The translations under genes and the position numbers were made by a program. From a virus, in the IMG/VR virus record IMGVR_UViG_3300030406_003150, positions 1-64,000 of that record: a DNA stretch of 64,000 bases; one strand, 5' to 3'. Of the stretch, positions 46,887 through 56,900 are shown piece by piece; positions within the stretch are counted from its first letter, which is position 1, and each line of letters opens with the position of its first letter. The notes beneath the pieces are model-generated. The model saw only the letters and a program-made list of their open reading frames with translations. It was not told the DNA's origin and ran no database searches.

Positions 46887-47173
46887 GGGTTGACTTAGTT
46901 AGAACTGATCACAAGAAGTACGCACAGTTCAGGGCTTCGGCGCTGAAGCTCAAAGTCAAGAAGGTTTGGGTGGAAACCAAAGACGCAAACCCAGAGTTTG
47001 ACGGGTTGTTTTTCATCAAGCACAAAGACTTCTTGGGCGACATAGACATAGCTGAGTTCTTCATCAACTCCAAAGGCCAAAGCTTTTGGCTTACGCCGAG
47101 TGATCCCACACACTGGGCAGAGATAGAGACCTACGAGTACAAAGACAAAGAGGGAAATTTAATTTACGAATGA
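46883..47173 (+). CDS. Hypothetical protein
   Basis: 96-aa coupled ORF. Confidence 0.55.
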   Translation: MRVDLVRTDHKKYAQFRASALKLKVKKVWVETKDANPEFDGLFFIKHKDFLGDIDIAEFFINSKGQSFWLTPSDPTHWAEIETYEYKDKEGNLIYE

Positions 47174-47955
47174 TGACAATACCTGAACAATTACAAGAGA
47201 GATACAACAAATCGCACCTCTCTTACTCCTCTATCAAGCAAGCGCTGGGGGACATGGCGCAGTTCGACCGATACATGAAGGGCGAGCTGGTGTACAAGTC
47301 CGAAGCCCTAGATTTTGGTACGCTGTACGACATGCTGCTGTTCGAACGAAAGAAAGCGATGGAAACATACTTCGTCATCAACAAAAACAGGATACTTGCC
47401 GAGTGCAGCTCCAAAACTAAATCGTCTAAGTCTCCTCACCTTACAAACGAATACAAGTCTGTAAAGGCGGACCTTGAGCAGCAAGCAGAACTCAAAGGAA
47501 TGACCTTAGTGTCACACGAAGATTGGCAGATGGCTAACGATATGATCGACAGACTAGCGACGTGTGGTCTGCTTGACACCTATCTAGCTGGTGAGTACCA
47601 GGTGGGATTCCTTGAAGAGCTGCATGGTATTCAAGTGAAAGGATTCCTTGACTGCTTGGGTGACGGATTCATCAGCGACAGCAAGTCTTCACGCAGCGCA
47701 GAGAAGTTTCGCTACGCAGTCAGAGACTTCTGCTACGACATCCAAGCATACATATACACAAAGGTGTTTGGAATAAAAGATTTCTACTGGGTTGTTCAGG
47801 AGAAAACTTATCCGTATCTTCCTGCTCTCGTCAAGTGTAGCGATGAGACAATCTTTGTGGGTGAAATGAAATTCAATGATGCAGTAAACAGGATCAGAAC
47901 CTTCTTGAGAGAGGACTATGACCCAACAAAGGATTACTTGCAGTATGAAGTTTAA
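47170..47955 (+). CDS. PD-(D/E)XK exonuclease (RecE/Cas4-like)
   Basis: LSYSS, FGT, KGFLD...DSKS, YDIQAYIY, QEK..PY. Confidence 0.8.
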   Translation: MMTIPEQLQERYNKSHLSYSSIKQALGDMAQFDRYMKGELVYKSEALDFGTLYDMLLFERKKAMETYFVINKNRILAECSSKTKSSKSPHLTNEYKSVKADLEQQAELKGMTLVSHEDWQMANDMIDRLATCGLLDTYLAGEYQVGFLEELHGIQVKGFLDCLGDGFISDSKSSRSAEKFRYAVRDFCYDIQAYIYTKVFGIKDFYWVVQEKTYPYLPALVKCSDETIFVGEMKFNDAVNRIRTFLREDYDPTKDYLQYEV

Positions 47956-48043
47956 GAAAGCGTGGGAAACCGTTGCGGGTGTATTGTACTACATGTCAGC
48001 GGCTTTCTGTGTGGCAATGTTAATAGTAGAAATTTTTAATTAA
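47945..48043 (+). CDS. 32-aa single-TM peptide
   Basis: MKFKKAWETVAGVLYYMSAAFCVAMLIVEIFN fills the gap. Confidence 0.45.
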   Translation: MKFKKAWETVAGVLYYMSAAFCVAMLIVEIFN

Positions 48044-48051
48044 TTTAAAAG

Positions 48052-48357
48052 ATGAGTGATCAAAACAAAAAGTACGAGAGTGTTCTCGTAGGCTGGGCAG
48101 ACGAGCCTAGCTACAATGACAACGGTGAGTTGATGGGGTGGAGCTTCCGCCTCAAGGACAACGAGTTGAAAGACGCTATTGACCAGTACGCTACCAAGCG
48201 TGACGAGAACGGTCAGGGTGGTAACATTCGATTCCGATTGTTCATGTCGAAGTCGGGCAAGCCATGCCTCAGCGTATGGGACCCGAACAGCGAGGCGGCA
48301 CAAGAACGCCGAAACAACCAGGCTAAAAACGGTGGGTCATCTGACTTGCCGTTCTAG
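48052..48357 (+). CDS. Probable single-stranded DNA-binding protein
   Basis: C-terminal DLPF tail; next to recombinase and exonuclease. Confidence 0.65.
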   Translation: MSDQNKKYESVLVGWADEPSYNDNGELMGWSFRLKDNELKDAIDQYATKRDENGQGGNIRFRLFMSKSGKPCLSVWDPNSEAAQERRNNQAKNGGSSDLPF

Positions 48358-48382
48358 TATATCATGTCATACGGTTAAGGGG

Positions 48383-48414
48383 AGGGGTTGAGATTATTCT
48401 CACCCCTTTTCTTT
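48383..48414 (+). terminator. Intrinsic terminator
   Basis: AGGGGTTGAGA-TTAT-TCTCACCCCT followed by TTTCTTT. Confidence 0.7.
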
Positions 48415-48430
48415 CCCTTACTCTTACACA

Positions 48431-48709
48431 ATGGGAAAGCCTATCTATTACATCGAAGCAGAAGCTACGATTATCAAAAACAGAAGGCCAGTATCTAAGA
48501 TGGTGTGGATAGTAAGCACATACGACAACCCATCGGACATCATGAAGCATGACATGAGAACCATGAGCAGGCTACGGGATCAGCTGATTACAAAGAAGGC
48601 CAAGAACAAAACAGTTTTAATTGAGAGTATCAAGTCAATCAAACAAGTAGGAACGACCTCCAATGCAAGTAACTATCTACAAAAATCTCTACAAGAAAAG
48701 CGCAAGTGA
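48431..48709 (+). CDS. Hypothetical protein
   Basis: 92-aa ORF. Confidence 0.5.
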   Translation: MGKPIYYIEAEATIIKNRRPVSKMVWIVSTYDNPSDIMKHDMRTMSRLRDQLITKKAKNKTVLIESIKSIKQVGTTSNASNYLQKSLQEKRK

Positions 48710-50480
48710 TGCACACATAGTCCCTGTGATGGCCGCCCTGAAAAGAATCAAAGATGGCTCATCGAAAGACAAGATTGAAAAGATTAGATCAGGAGAGAAG
48801 GAGTTCAAGAGGGCTTTACCTGTAGTTCTTTTCAGCGGTGAGTTTGGCGCCAGAAAAGACAACGAGATACGAAAGCACAGCTCCTTCATAGTCTTAGACT
48901 TTGACCACATAGAAGTAGAAAAGTCGAAACCAGTTATAGGCACAGACCCTTACGTATATGCCTGCTGGGTGTCGCCTTCGGGAGACGGCATCAAAGCGCT
49001 GGCAAGAATTACAAACCCAGAAAGACACAGGGATCACTTCAGGGCGCTTGTAGCATACTTCAAAAAGCAATACGACCTTGAGGTTGATATATCTGGAATC
49101 AACGAGAGCCGAGCTTGTTACGAATCATACGACCCAGACATCATACTAAACGAGGGCAGCAATGTCTTCGGTGCGCTTCAAGTAGATTCTAAGCAAGAGC
49201 AGGTAGCTGTCTCACAATCAGAGAGTTACACCGATTACTTAAAGTTAAATCTAGCAGCAAAGATGATTCGTCAATGCCCTGACGGAGAGAAGCATGCAAC
49301 GTTGCTTAGGGCTGGAAGGTTGTGCGGTGGATTTATATCTGCTGGGCGCATGGAAGAGGACGAGGTGATTCGTGTGCTCACCAGAGAGATACTCAAACGA
49401 GACGTTGATGACGAAGAGCATACGGTAAGGACGTTACGAGAGGCTGTAGAGAAGGGCAAGCAAGATCCCATAACCGTAACCATACAAGACGAGAAGAAAG
49501 CACAGAGGGAGCTTCTAATCAACGATGGTGACATGTCCTTCATATCGTCAGACGACGAAGACTTCCGATGGATTGACGACTTTGCAAACGGAAAGATACC
49601 CGTAGGGCTAGATACTGGTGACGTGGAGCTTGATAGGTTCTTCAGATACAAAAAGGAGTTCGTTATTGTAAACGGGCACAGTAACGTGGGCAAGACTACC
49701 ATGGTGCTGTACTTGATGGTAAACTCTACTATGCGGCACGGATGGAAATGGGTAGTGTACTCCTCTGAGAACCGTACAGCCTCCCTAAAGATGTCACTGA
49801 TACAGTTTGCAATGAACAAGTCTGTATCATCCATGAACCATGCACAAAGGAAGAAAGCATACGAGTGGGTTGGCAAACACTTTGTCATCATCAGCAACAA
49901 GCAGATATACAGCTACACAGACATTATAGTATTCTTAGAGAAGATACTTAAGCAGCAAAGCATTGATGGCGTGTTTGTTGATCCCTACAACAGCCTCAAA
50001 TTGGACATGAGAAACAGCTCTATAGGCGTACACGACTACCACTATGAAGCAGCCTCTGAGTTCCTTACGTTCTCCACCTCTAACAACGTAGCAGTCTGGC
50101 TGAACATGCATGCGGTTACTGAGGCTCAAAGAAGGAAGGGGCCTGACGGTTTGCCTGTAGCGCCATACGCGGAGGACACAGAGGGCGGCGGTAAGTTTGT
50201 GAATCGTTCTGATTGTTTTGTCACAATACACCGCAAGGTTCAGCACCCTGATCCCAACCAGAGAAAGGTCACGGAGTTTCATATCCGCAAGGTGCGAGAC
50301 GTAGAAACTGGTGGCGAACCGAGCCCCTTAGAGGAGCCAGTCCGCTTTGAGATGAACACTTCGAGGACTGGGTTTAGGCTGTACAAGACTCAAATGGATT
50401 TGTTCCAACCCCTTGATTTACAGCAATCTAAGCAGTCTTACTTTACGTGGGGCGAGAACAGTTCGTTTTTAAAAGAATAA
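48663..50480 (+). CDS. Primase-helicase (BT4734/VirE-N-like primase domain plus DnaB/RecA-fold helicase)
   Basis: LDFDH, SPSGDG.K, Walker A GHSNVGKT, VFVDPYN, H..T. Confidence 0.8.
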   Translation: MQVTIYKNLYKKSASDAHIVPVMAALKRIKDGSSKDKIEKIRSGEKEFKRALPVVLFSGEFGARKDNEIRKHSSFIVLDFDHIEVEKSKPVIGTDPYVYACWVSPSGDGIKALARITNPERHRDHFRALVAYFKKQYDLEVDISGINESRACYESYDPDIILNEGSNVFGALQVDSKQEQVAVSQSESYTDYLKLNLAAKMIRQCPDGEKHATLLRAGRLCGGFISAGRMEEDEVIRVLTREILKRDVDDEEHTVRTLREAVEKGKQDPITVTIQDEKKAQRELLINDGDMSFISSDDEDFRWIDDFANGKIPVGLDTGDVELDRFFRYKKEFVIVNGHSNVGKTTMVLYLMVNSTMRHGWKWVVYSSENRTASLKMSLIQFAMNKSVSSMNHAQRKKAYEWVGKHFVIISNKQIYSYTDIIVFLEKILKQQSIDGVFVDPYNSLKLDMRNSSIGVHDYHYEAASEFLTFSTSNNVAVWLNMHAVTEAQRRKGPDGLPVAPYAEDTEGGGKFVNRSDCFVTIHRKVQHPDPNQRKVTEFHIRKVRDVETGGEPSPLEEPVRFEMNTSRTGFRLYKTQMDLFQPLDLQQSKQSYFTWGENSSFLKE

Positions 50481-50497
50481 GCTGTAACTTCCACGAT

Positions 50498-51016
50498 GTG
50501 AAGCGAAAGGCGAAGGGCACTCCAAGACGAAAGACCGCTAAGAAAAAAAACTTAGGTAAGTATAAGAGCGGGTTGGAAAAAACATGCGCTGACCTTTTAG
50601 CTGAATCGGGGCTAAGTTTTGCCTATGAGAAGCATGAGTACATCCTGATGGACAAGTTTAGATACCCAGGAACGTATCTAAAAATGACATCAAAGCGTAA
50701 GGATCTATCGGACAGAACCAATAAGGTCGTCCTACCAATAAAATATACTCCAGACTTTGTGGGACCAGACAAAGGTTGGATAATTGAAACCAAAGGGTAT
50801 ACACCTTCGCATCACGACTTCCCGATGCGGTGGAAGCTATTCCTAAACCACTTGATAGACTCAGGAGAACCAGTCCCTGCACTGTTCATCTGCAAAAACA
50901 AACGGCAGATTGAAGAGGCAATAGAGAAGATTAAAGAACTAGGGTATGGTAAAAAAAGAGCTAACAAAAGAACAACTAGGCGAAAGCTACAGAATAGCGA
51001 CAGTCAGGCTGCATGA
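50498..51016 (+). CDS. T7 endonuclease I-like Holliday junction resolvase
   Basis: YKSGLE...YTPDF...IIETKG. Confidence 0.8.
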   Translation: MKRKAKGTPRRKTAKKKNLGKYKSGLEKTCADLLAESGLSFAYEKHEYILMDKFRYPGTYLKMTSKRKDLSDRTNKVVLPIKYTPDFVGPDKGWIIETKGYTPSHHDFPMRWKLFLNHLIDSGEPVPALFICKNKRQIEEAIEKIKELGYGKKRANKRTTRRKLQNSDSQAA

Positions 51017-51230
51017 AATTGTAGATAGGCTGTACGAAGACCTCTTCGATCAGGAGGGTAACCCGCGCTGCGACAGTGGGAACATAGCGAACATGATTGC
51101 TTCGCAAAGAATATCAATTAATCAAGAGTTGGAGCTGATCAAAGATGCTTCATACGAACACCTCGAATCAAATACAAATGAACAATCAAAACAGGAGGGT
51201 ATATTCTTCTACGACGGGCAGGGTAGCTGA
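50946..51230 (+). CDS. Hypothetical protein
   Basis: 94-aa ORF. Confidence 0.5.
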   Translation: MVKKELTKEQLGESYRIATVRLHEIVDRLYEDLFDQEGNPRCDSGNIANMIASQRISINQELELIKDASYEHLESNTNEQSKQEGIFFYDGQGS

Positions 51231-51675
51231 GACCCGATTCCAAAGAGCGGCAGAGAAGCTAGGCTTGAAAGTAATGAAGAGCGAAAACGATCAAGACATT
51301 CACCTGCATGTAGATTATTGGCTGAGCTACGATGGCGGCAACAATCACGGCGTAGATGTAAAGGGCAACAACTTGCCCGACGAGATATGGTGTGAGTTCA
51401 GGAACGTAAACGGAGACCCTGGATGGATGTACGGGTATGCCAGTATCGTTGCCTTTGACATGCCTGAAGAAGGTGGGTTCTGTGTGGTGGACACAAAGGA
51501 CCTACGAAAGTATTGTGAAGACCACGTAGAGGATGTGGTTGTGACTCACAAGTCAAATGCTTACAAGAAAAAGTACCAACGCAAAAACAGAGAGGATATC
51601 ATCACGAGGATTTACCTGTCTGATTTGAAGACAATTAGTTCTTACAGGGTGTGGGAGTACAACAAAGACTACTAG
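51178..51675 (+). CDS. PD-(D/E)XK nuclease-like protein
   Basis: G..AE..F, HVDY, VDVKG, W.E..N..G..GW.YG. Confidence 0.65.
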   Translation: MNNQNRRVYSSTTGRVAETRFQRAAEKLGLKVMKSENDQDIHLHVDYWLSYDGGNNHGVDVKGNNLPDEIWCEFRNVNGDPGWMYGYASIVAFDMPEEGGFCVVDTKDLRKYCEDHVEDVVVTHKSNAYKKKYQRKNREDIITRIYLSDLKTISSYRVWEYNKDY

Positions 51676-51965
51676 GCCCTGTTGTGCATCCTGCGTATAG
51701 CCTCTTTACCTGCCCTAGCTATGCGGGCTTGCTCGGTTTTACCCGCTACTTTAGCTCGTTGCTCTAACACAGTAAGTATCTGAATTTTTCTAGCGAATGG
51801 CTTGTTAATCTTCTTGACCTTGGCTACGGTAGCTCTAGCGTCAGCGGGAGTAGCAAACTTGATTGAAACGGTATCTCTTGGATTCTCGTCCGTGTACAGC
51901 CTTCTGTCCGATCCCTTGGGCTTCTTGCCTGTACCTACTTTGGGGTCACGCTTCTTTGTCCTCAT
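51672..51965 (-). CDS. Small basic phage protein
   Basis: GTGKKPKGS.RRLYTDENP.DT motif. Confidence 0.65.
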   Translation of the reverse strand: MRTKKRDPKVGTGKKPKGSDRRLYTDENPRDTVSIKFATPADARATVAKVKKINKPFARKIQILTVLEQRAKVAGKTEQARIARAGKEAIRRMHNRA

Positions 51966-53539
51966 CTTTTCTTAGCTCTCATTCCTTTCTTACGCTTCTT
52001 CTTCACCTTGAGCTTGCCTCCGTATCTAAGTTTTTCTACTATTGGGTAAGGGAATAGAAGCCTAGTTCCCTTTGGGGTTGGACCCCCGTAAGGCTGTTTT
52101 GGTATAGGTTCTATTTTAGCTGCTGGTAGTCCAACCTCCTTTAATTTAGGGTCAATGTACTTGTTCTTTATTTCAAGGAGGTACTTATCTGCCTCTTCTA
52201 CAGACATACCGTAAGCTTTGGATGTTCCTGATCCCGTCAGAAGTTCGTCAGTCATAATCCTTCTTAGTTCTTTTTCAGGTATCCCAAAATAATTTCTAAA
52301 TCTACCCATATCATTCAGGGTCCTGAAGCTTATGGCTTCTTCCTGAGAGACTTTATCTATAATCTTCACACCGCGATTCTTAATAGTTTTCTTAACTTCA
52401 TCGCTTGCCGAGATGTATTTGTTTCCTTTCTTAATTTGAGTAAGGAACATAGGGTAAGAGTCCGAGCTGAGACTACCTGATTCTGGTATCCCTATCAAAT
52501 CACCTTTCTGTATGTTAGACATCAGAGTGTTCATGACTTTAGCCTGCTCTCTCTTATCGGTAAAATTAGCATTTGGCCGCTTTTTGAGCTCAGTCATGTC
52601 CATGTTCATGCTGTGGGCATATCGGTCCCCATATTCTTTAGCTAAGTTGGGGAGCTTTTCAGACACAGATGCAGAATTTATTTCCGCATAATTACCCATC
52701 CTGTCTGTATAGGAAACCATAACCTCGTTTGGACTGTATCGCTCAAAATCTGCCTGAAAGTCACCTATACTTTCTGGTATATTTCCCAGCCCTCTTGTCT
52801 CTTCTATTGAGGGAGCAAGCTTCAAACTGGATGACGGGGCTCCTTGAGTGGATATATCTTTTATTTCTTCAAGTACAAGCCTTTCGGTGTTGCTTAAATT
52901 AAGACCAGAGAACTCATCAAACGATAAGTCGATGAGTTCTTGAGCGTCTTTAGCTATAGCTGCCCGTTCTTCTTTACTGAATTTTTCAGCTACGAAAGCA
53001 ATATCTTCAGGGGACTCCAACTCCCGACCAATACCCTTGAATATCCTGTCGAGAGCAGGGTTATTTACGCTCTGAGCGTATGACCTCATCATGCTAAGGT
53101 TGCCAGGCAAGAACGCCATGGCTCCCGCAGCGAGAGACAGGCCAGCTCCACCAGCCACCTTACCTAAGTCGCCCTCCTTCACCCCTCTGCCAGCCATCTG
53201 CAAACCAGAAAATATATCTTCCACGTCTCCGACGGGGCTAACAAACTTCATGGGAGTCACGGATTCGACCCTTCCAGATTCCATCGGATACCCTCGGCCC
53301 ATCATACTCTCAAACTCCTCGCGCTCCTTGGCTCTCTGCATATCTCTGAGCATACCAGCAAAGTCCATAGATTCTCCTGCGGAAAGCTGTTGTTGCAACG
53401 CCTCTGGTCGGCGGGTCATAGTAGACTCACTGACTGCGGGCTGAGACTGAAACCTAGGCAAGGGCTGAGACTGAGCAGCCAATCTTTCAAGAAGAGATCG
53501 AACCTCGCCACCTTGCTGATATCTTCTTACTGCTCTCAT
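51962..53539 (-). CDS. Probable internal virion protein
   Basis: YQQGG at the N-terminus, LRYGG plus Lys tail at the C-terminus, hydrophobic Gly/Ala segment. Confidence 0.5.
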   Translation of the reverse strand: MRAVRRYQQGGEVRSLLERLAAQSQPLPRFQSQPAVSESTMTRRPEALQQQLSAGESMDFAGMLRDMQRAKEREEFESMMGRGYPMESGRVESVTPMKFVSPVGDVEDIFSGLQMAGRGVKEGDLGKVAGGAGLSLAAGAMAFLPGNLSMMRSYAQSVNNPALDRIFKGIGRELESPEDIAFVAEKFSKEERAAIAKDAQELIDLSFDEFSGLNLSNTERLVLEEIKDISTQGAPSSSLKLAPSIEETRGLGNIPESIGDFQADFERYSPNEVMVSYTDRMGNYAEINSASVSEKLPNLAKEYGDRYAHSMNMDMTELKKRPNANFTDKREQAKVMNTLMSNIQKGDLIGIPESGSLSSDSYPMFLTQIKKGNKYISASDEVKKTIKNRGVKIIDKVSQEEAISFRTLNDMGRFRNYFGIPEKELRRIMTDELLTGSGTSKAYGMSVEEADKYLLEIKNKYIDPKLKEVGLPAAKIEPIPKQPYGGPTPKGTRLLFPYPIVEKLRYGGKLKVKKKRKKGMRAKKR

Positions 53540-53970
53540 TTCTTAGCTTTCTCGATAGTTCTACCTGCAAAGTACGCACCAAATGCTGTAAGCATAAGCA
53601 CCTGCAATAAGTCTATGTAGCTGTCCTTCACATTGAACGGCCAGTTGTCTAAGCTGTCGAGGATCATCGTAACCATAAACATGCTCATCAAAGCGATCAA
53701 AGTGATAGGGCGAATCAGCTTAGCTAGCTTCACGTCGCTGCCCATGTCAGCCTTCCATCGCTCAGTTACGTTCTTCTGGAACTCAATCTCTGCATCAACC
53801 ATAGCAATACCTTCGTCAGTGTTTACATCTGGGTCTTTGTCAATCAAGTTCTTTACTATTCCAAGCGCCCCCTGATCAGGAAGCAACTCACCTACTGTGT
53901 CAAGCACGTTCGGGGCTTTGCTCTTGAGCCAAGCACCCAGCTTAGTATTCTTAATCTTTTTGTCTGCCAT
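53536..53970 (-). CDS. Holin-like membrane protein, copy B
   Basis: About 87% identical to 77-505. Confidence 0.75.
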   Translation of the reverse strand: MADKKIKNTKLGAWLKSKAPNVLDTVGELLPDQGALGIVKNLIDKDPDVNTDEGIAMVDAEIEFQKNVTERWKADMGSDVKLAKLIRPITLIALMSMFMVTMILDSLDNWPFNVKDSYIDLLQVLMLTAFGAYFAGRTIEKAKK

Positions 53971-53974
53971 CTTA

Positions 53975-56900
53975 TTATTGTTCTTGAGCCTGTACGAGCG
54001 CGTTAAACGCCTCTACGTTGGCCGTGTACATGTCTATCATCTCTTGGACTCTTTCATCGCCGTATATGGCTTTGTTTGCCTCCAGGGACTCTATCTTGTT
54101 ATTGTATCTCTGCTTGGAAACGATACTCATAGGGATTGCACCACCCCTAAGTATTTGGTCTACATCTCTTTTAGACATACCGCCATCGGAGAAAGAGGAG
54201 CCAATCTTATCTTCTGCCATGCCAAGCGTTCTACCTGTTTCTGCGTACCCCAAGACCGTATTGTTGAACTTGTCCTGAGCTTGCTTGTAAGCAGAGAAGG
54301 CTTTCTGTATTTCGTTCTCAGACATGATCCTGTTTGTAGACAGGGACTTAAGCTGTTGCGATTGCAACTCGCTCATGATGCCTTTCTCCTCTCTAATCTT
54401 ATTTTTAACAGCCTGATAGTAGTTCACTGTTGACTGTCGGAAACCAAGGAATCCAAGCAGAGCGTCTTCTGGTTTGTACTCTCGATACGTGCTCACCTTC
54501 TCTCCGAATATTTCTGGGCTAATCTCCAATGCCCTCGCCATTTCTTGAGCGTTATTGTAAACGCCTGGACCAGCTTTCTTGGCGAGGTAGTTAACCATAG
54601 CCTTAGGGTCATTGAACACGCCATTAACGATTGGTATGGAGCTGACCTTCTCTCCCTCGCTGTAGATAGCGTTACCGAAAGAGTTTTCGTTTTTAAACAG
54701 TTCGAGCAAAGCCTTACTGGTAAGGTCAAATCCTACATAAGGACCGAGCGCCTCTTCCAGCGCATCAACCGCTCTCTTCCCGACGGTTTCGTCCTGAGGA
54801 TTCTCCAGCAGGATTCTAATTGGCTTAATAACAACCTCCGACGGGAACAAAGCTGTACCATCGATAAACGTGGCGCTATTCTCATCCTTACCCATGTAGA
54901 GGAGTTCGGAATCTTCCTGATAGAAAGGAACTAATGACCTAATTCTTTCGTCATCCTCATCTGTAAGTCCAAGCAAATGTTTAGATGCAGTGGATAGCGC
55001 TCCAATACCAACAGTAGCCATAGTCATTCCAGCTAGCCTACTCATAGCCATCCTAGTTCTTCCAGCCTGCAAATCCTCTACAGCATATAACAAATTGTTT
55101 TTTGTGGTTCGAACCACTTCGTAGGGGAAAGAAACAAACGATCCAACAAACGGATTTCTTCTGATCTTCCTGATGGTTGGCGGAATGTAAGAATATGTAG
55201 GGTATCCACCTCGAATGCGCTCAGCAGCTTTATTAATAGCATCCAATTCGCTCATCCCGCTGTCCATGAGCTTGGCCTTCTCTTCATAAAAACCAGTCGT
55301 TTTATAGAAGTCATCACCAAAAGCATAAGCTTTCTTGGCAAAATCAAAAGCTTTTTTACCTGTAGCAACCCTTCTAGGATCTCCATAACTTGATGAAAAA
55401 TCGTTTAGTGTAGCCATAAGCTCGCCAGACCTGGTTGCGTCACCTATAACCCCTAGCTTTATAAGTTCCTCTCTCTCTTTTTGCAACTGCTTTTTGTTTC
55501 TAACGGGTCCCCACGCCATCGCTGCTGACTTGCCAATCCTATCTGGACTCATGGCAAAAATGTGACCAGAATTTAAACCAAGAAGGATACCACTATACAA
55601 GTTTCTAAACGTAGTGGTTGGAGAAAGAACAGTCTTGCTGAGCTTACCATAGCTGGCAAGTCTTACAAGACTGTTGTATAAGTTATTGTTTACAGTTTCC
55701 AAAGGTCCAAGAGCATCCATAGCTTCTTTGAACTCTATGGGAACATACAAGTCTTTTAAGTAAGACCAATCATTAGAGTTTGGTGCCAGCTTAGTGTATC
55801 CTGGTTTAGGAGTTGCCGTTGCTATGCCCATGCCAAGCACGGCATCAGACAAATTTTGTTGATAGTCAATGCTAGCCAAAAAACCAGACAGCTGTTCGGT
55901 TGTGTTTGCGTAATTAAACAGCGGATCTTTAGCCTCTCCAAGCAGCTCTCTAAACGCCTCTGGTATATCCTTTCTTTTTCTTAAAAATCTGGCTGCTGCT
56001 GCACCCGCCCTGCCAACAGCCATCTCTGAACCTTCACCCCGAACCAGATCATCAATGTATTTTACAACTTCTGCTTGAGCCTGTTCAAAGCTTAGGCCCT
56101 CAGCTGTCTGCAAGTACTCCACGGCACCATCAAACTTCTTTCTGGCGACATCATTCATCTCCCCGTAAGGCATCATGAATCCCTTCAAATACTTGGGATC
56201 GGTAAACGCCTCGAAGCTTCTCTTTATATATTGTCCGTTATTAAACTGAATGGTTTCAATGAGTTCTTCAGTCGCCTTTTTTTGTTTTTCAGTTTTTACT
56301 CCTTCTTTGAGTTTTTGCTGTAAGACATTTACGATGTGCTTAGATAGGGTGTCTATTCTTTCTCTTGAATAATCAAGCACTTGCAAATCCTTTTGATCAA
56401 GGAAGCTCAAGTCTACTTCCTTGTCACCCGTCAGGTACTGATTGATCCTATCGTATCTGCTATTTGTTAGGTTTTCATTTGCGCCTTTTGACGCTTTCTT
56501 TCTGAGGTCATTAATTGCATTAGCCTCTACGTTAATTTTGTCGTTGTAAGCAGCAATATCTCTGTTTAGCTGTCTATATATTTCTGCAACCTCATTGTTT
56601 GCTCCAGCGTTAGATTTGAAAGTTCTATTCCAGAGTCTTCTTGCAGATCTATTAAGAGAAAACTTATCGTATGTCTTTCCGTTCAGAGAAATAGTGCCTC
56701 TCTTTCTGTGGAACAGCTTTTTGAGCCTAGACATCTGCGACTTAGGCTGCGCTTCTTGAAGCAAAGCCTCTTCGTCGAACCTCCACGTAGGGTATTCCTG
56801 CTTAGGCTGTTCTGGGGCTTCTGTTGGTTCTGCTGGTGTTTCTACGGCTTCTGGTTGAACTGGCTGCTCAGTGGGCTTACTAACACCCAGTCGATCAGCA

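Noticed and set aside
47170-47955. CRISPR-associated Cas4
   Set aside because: No Fe-S cysteine cluster, array or other cas genes; context fits a recombination exonuclease
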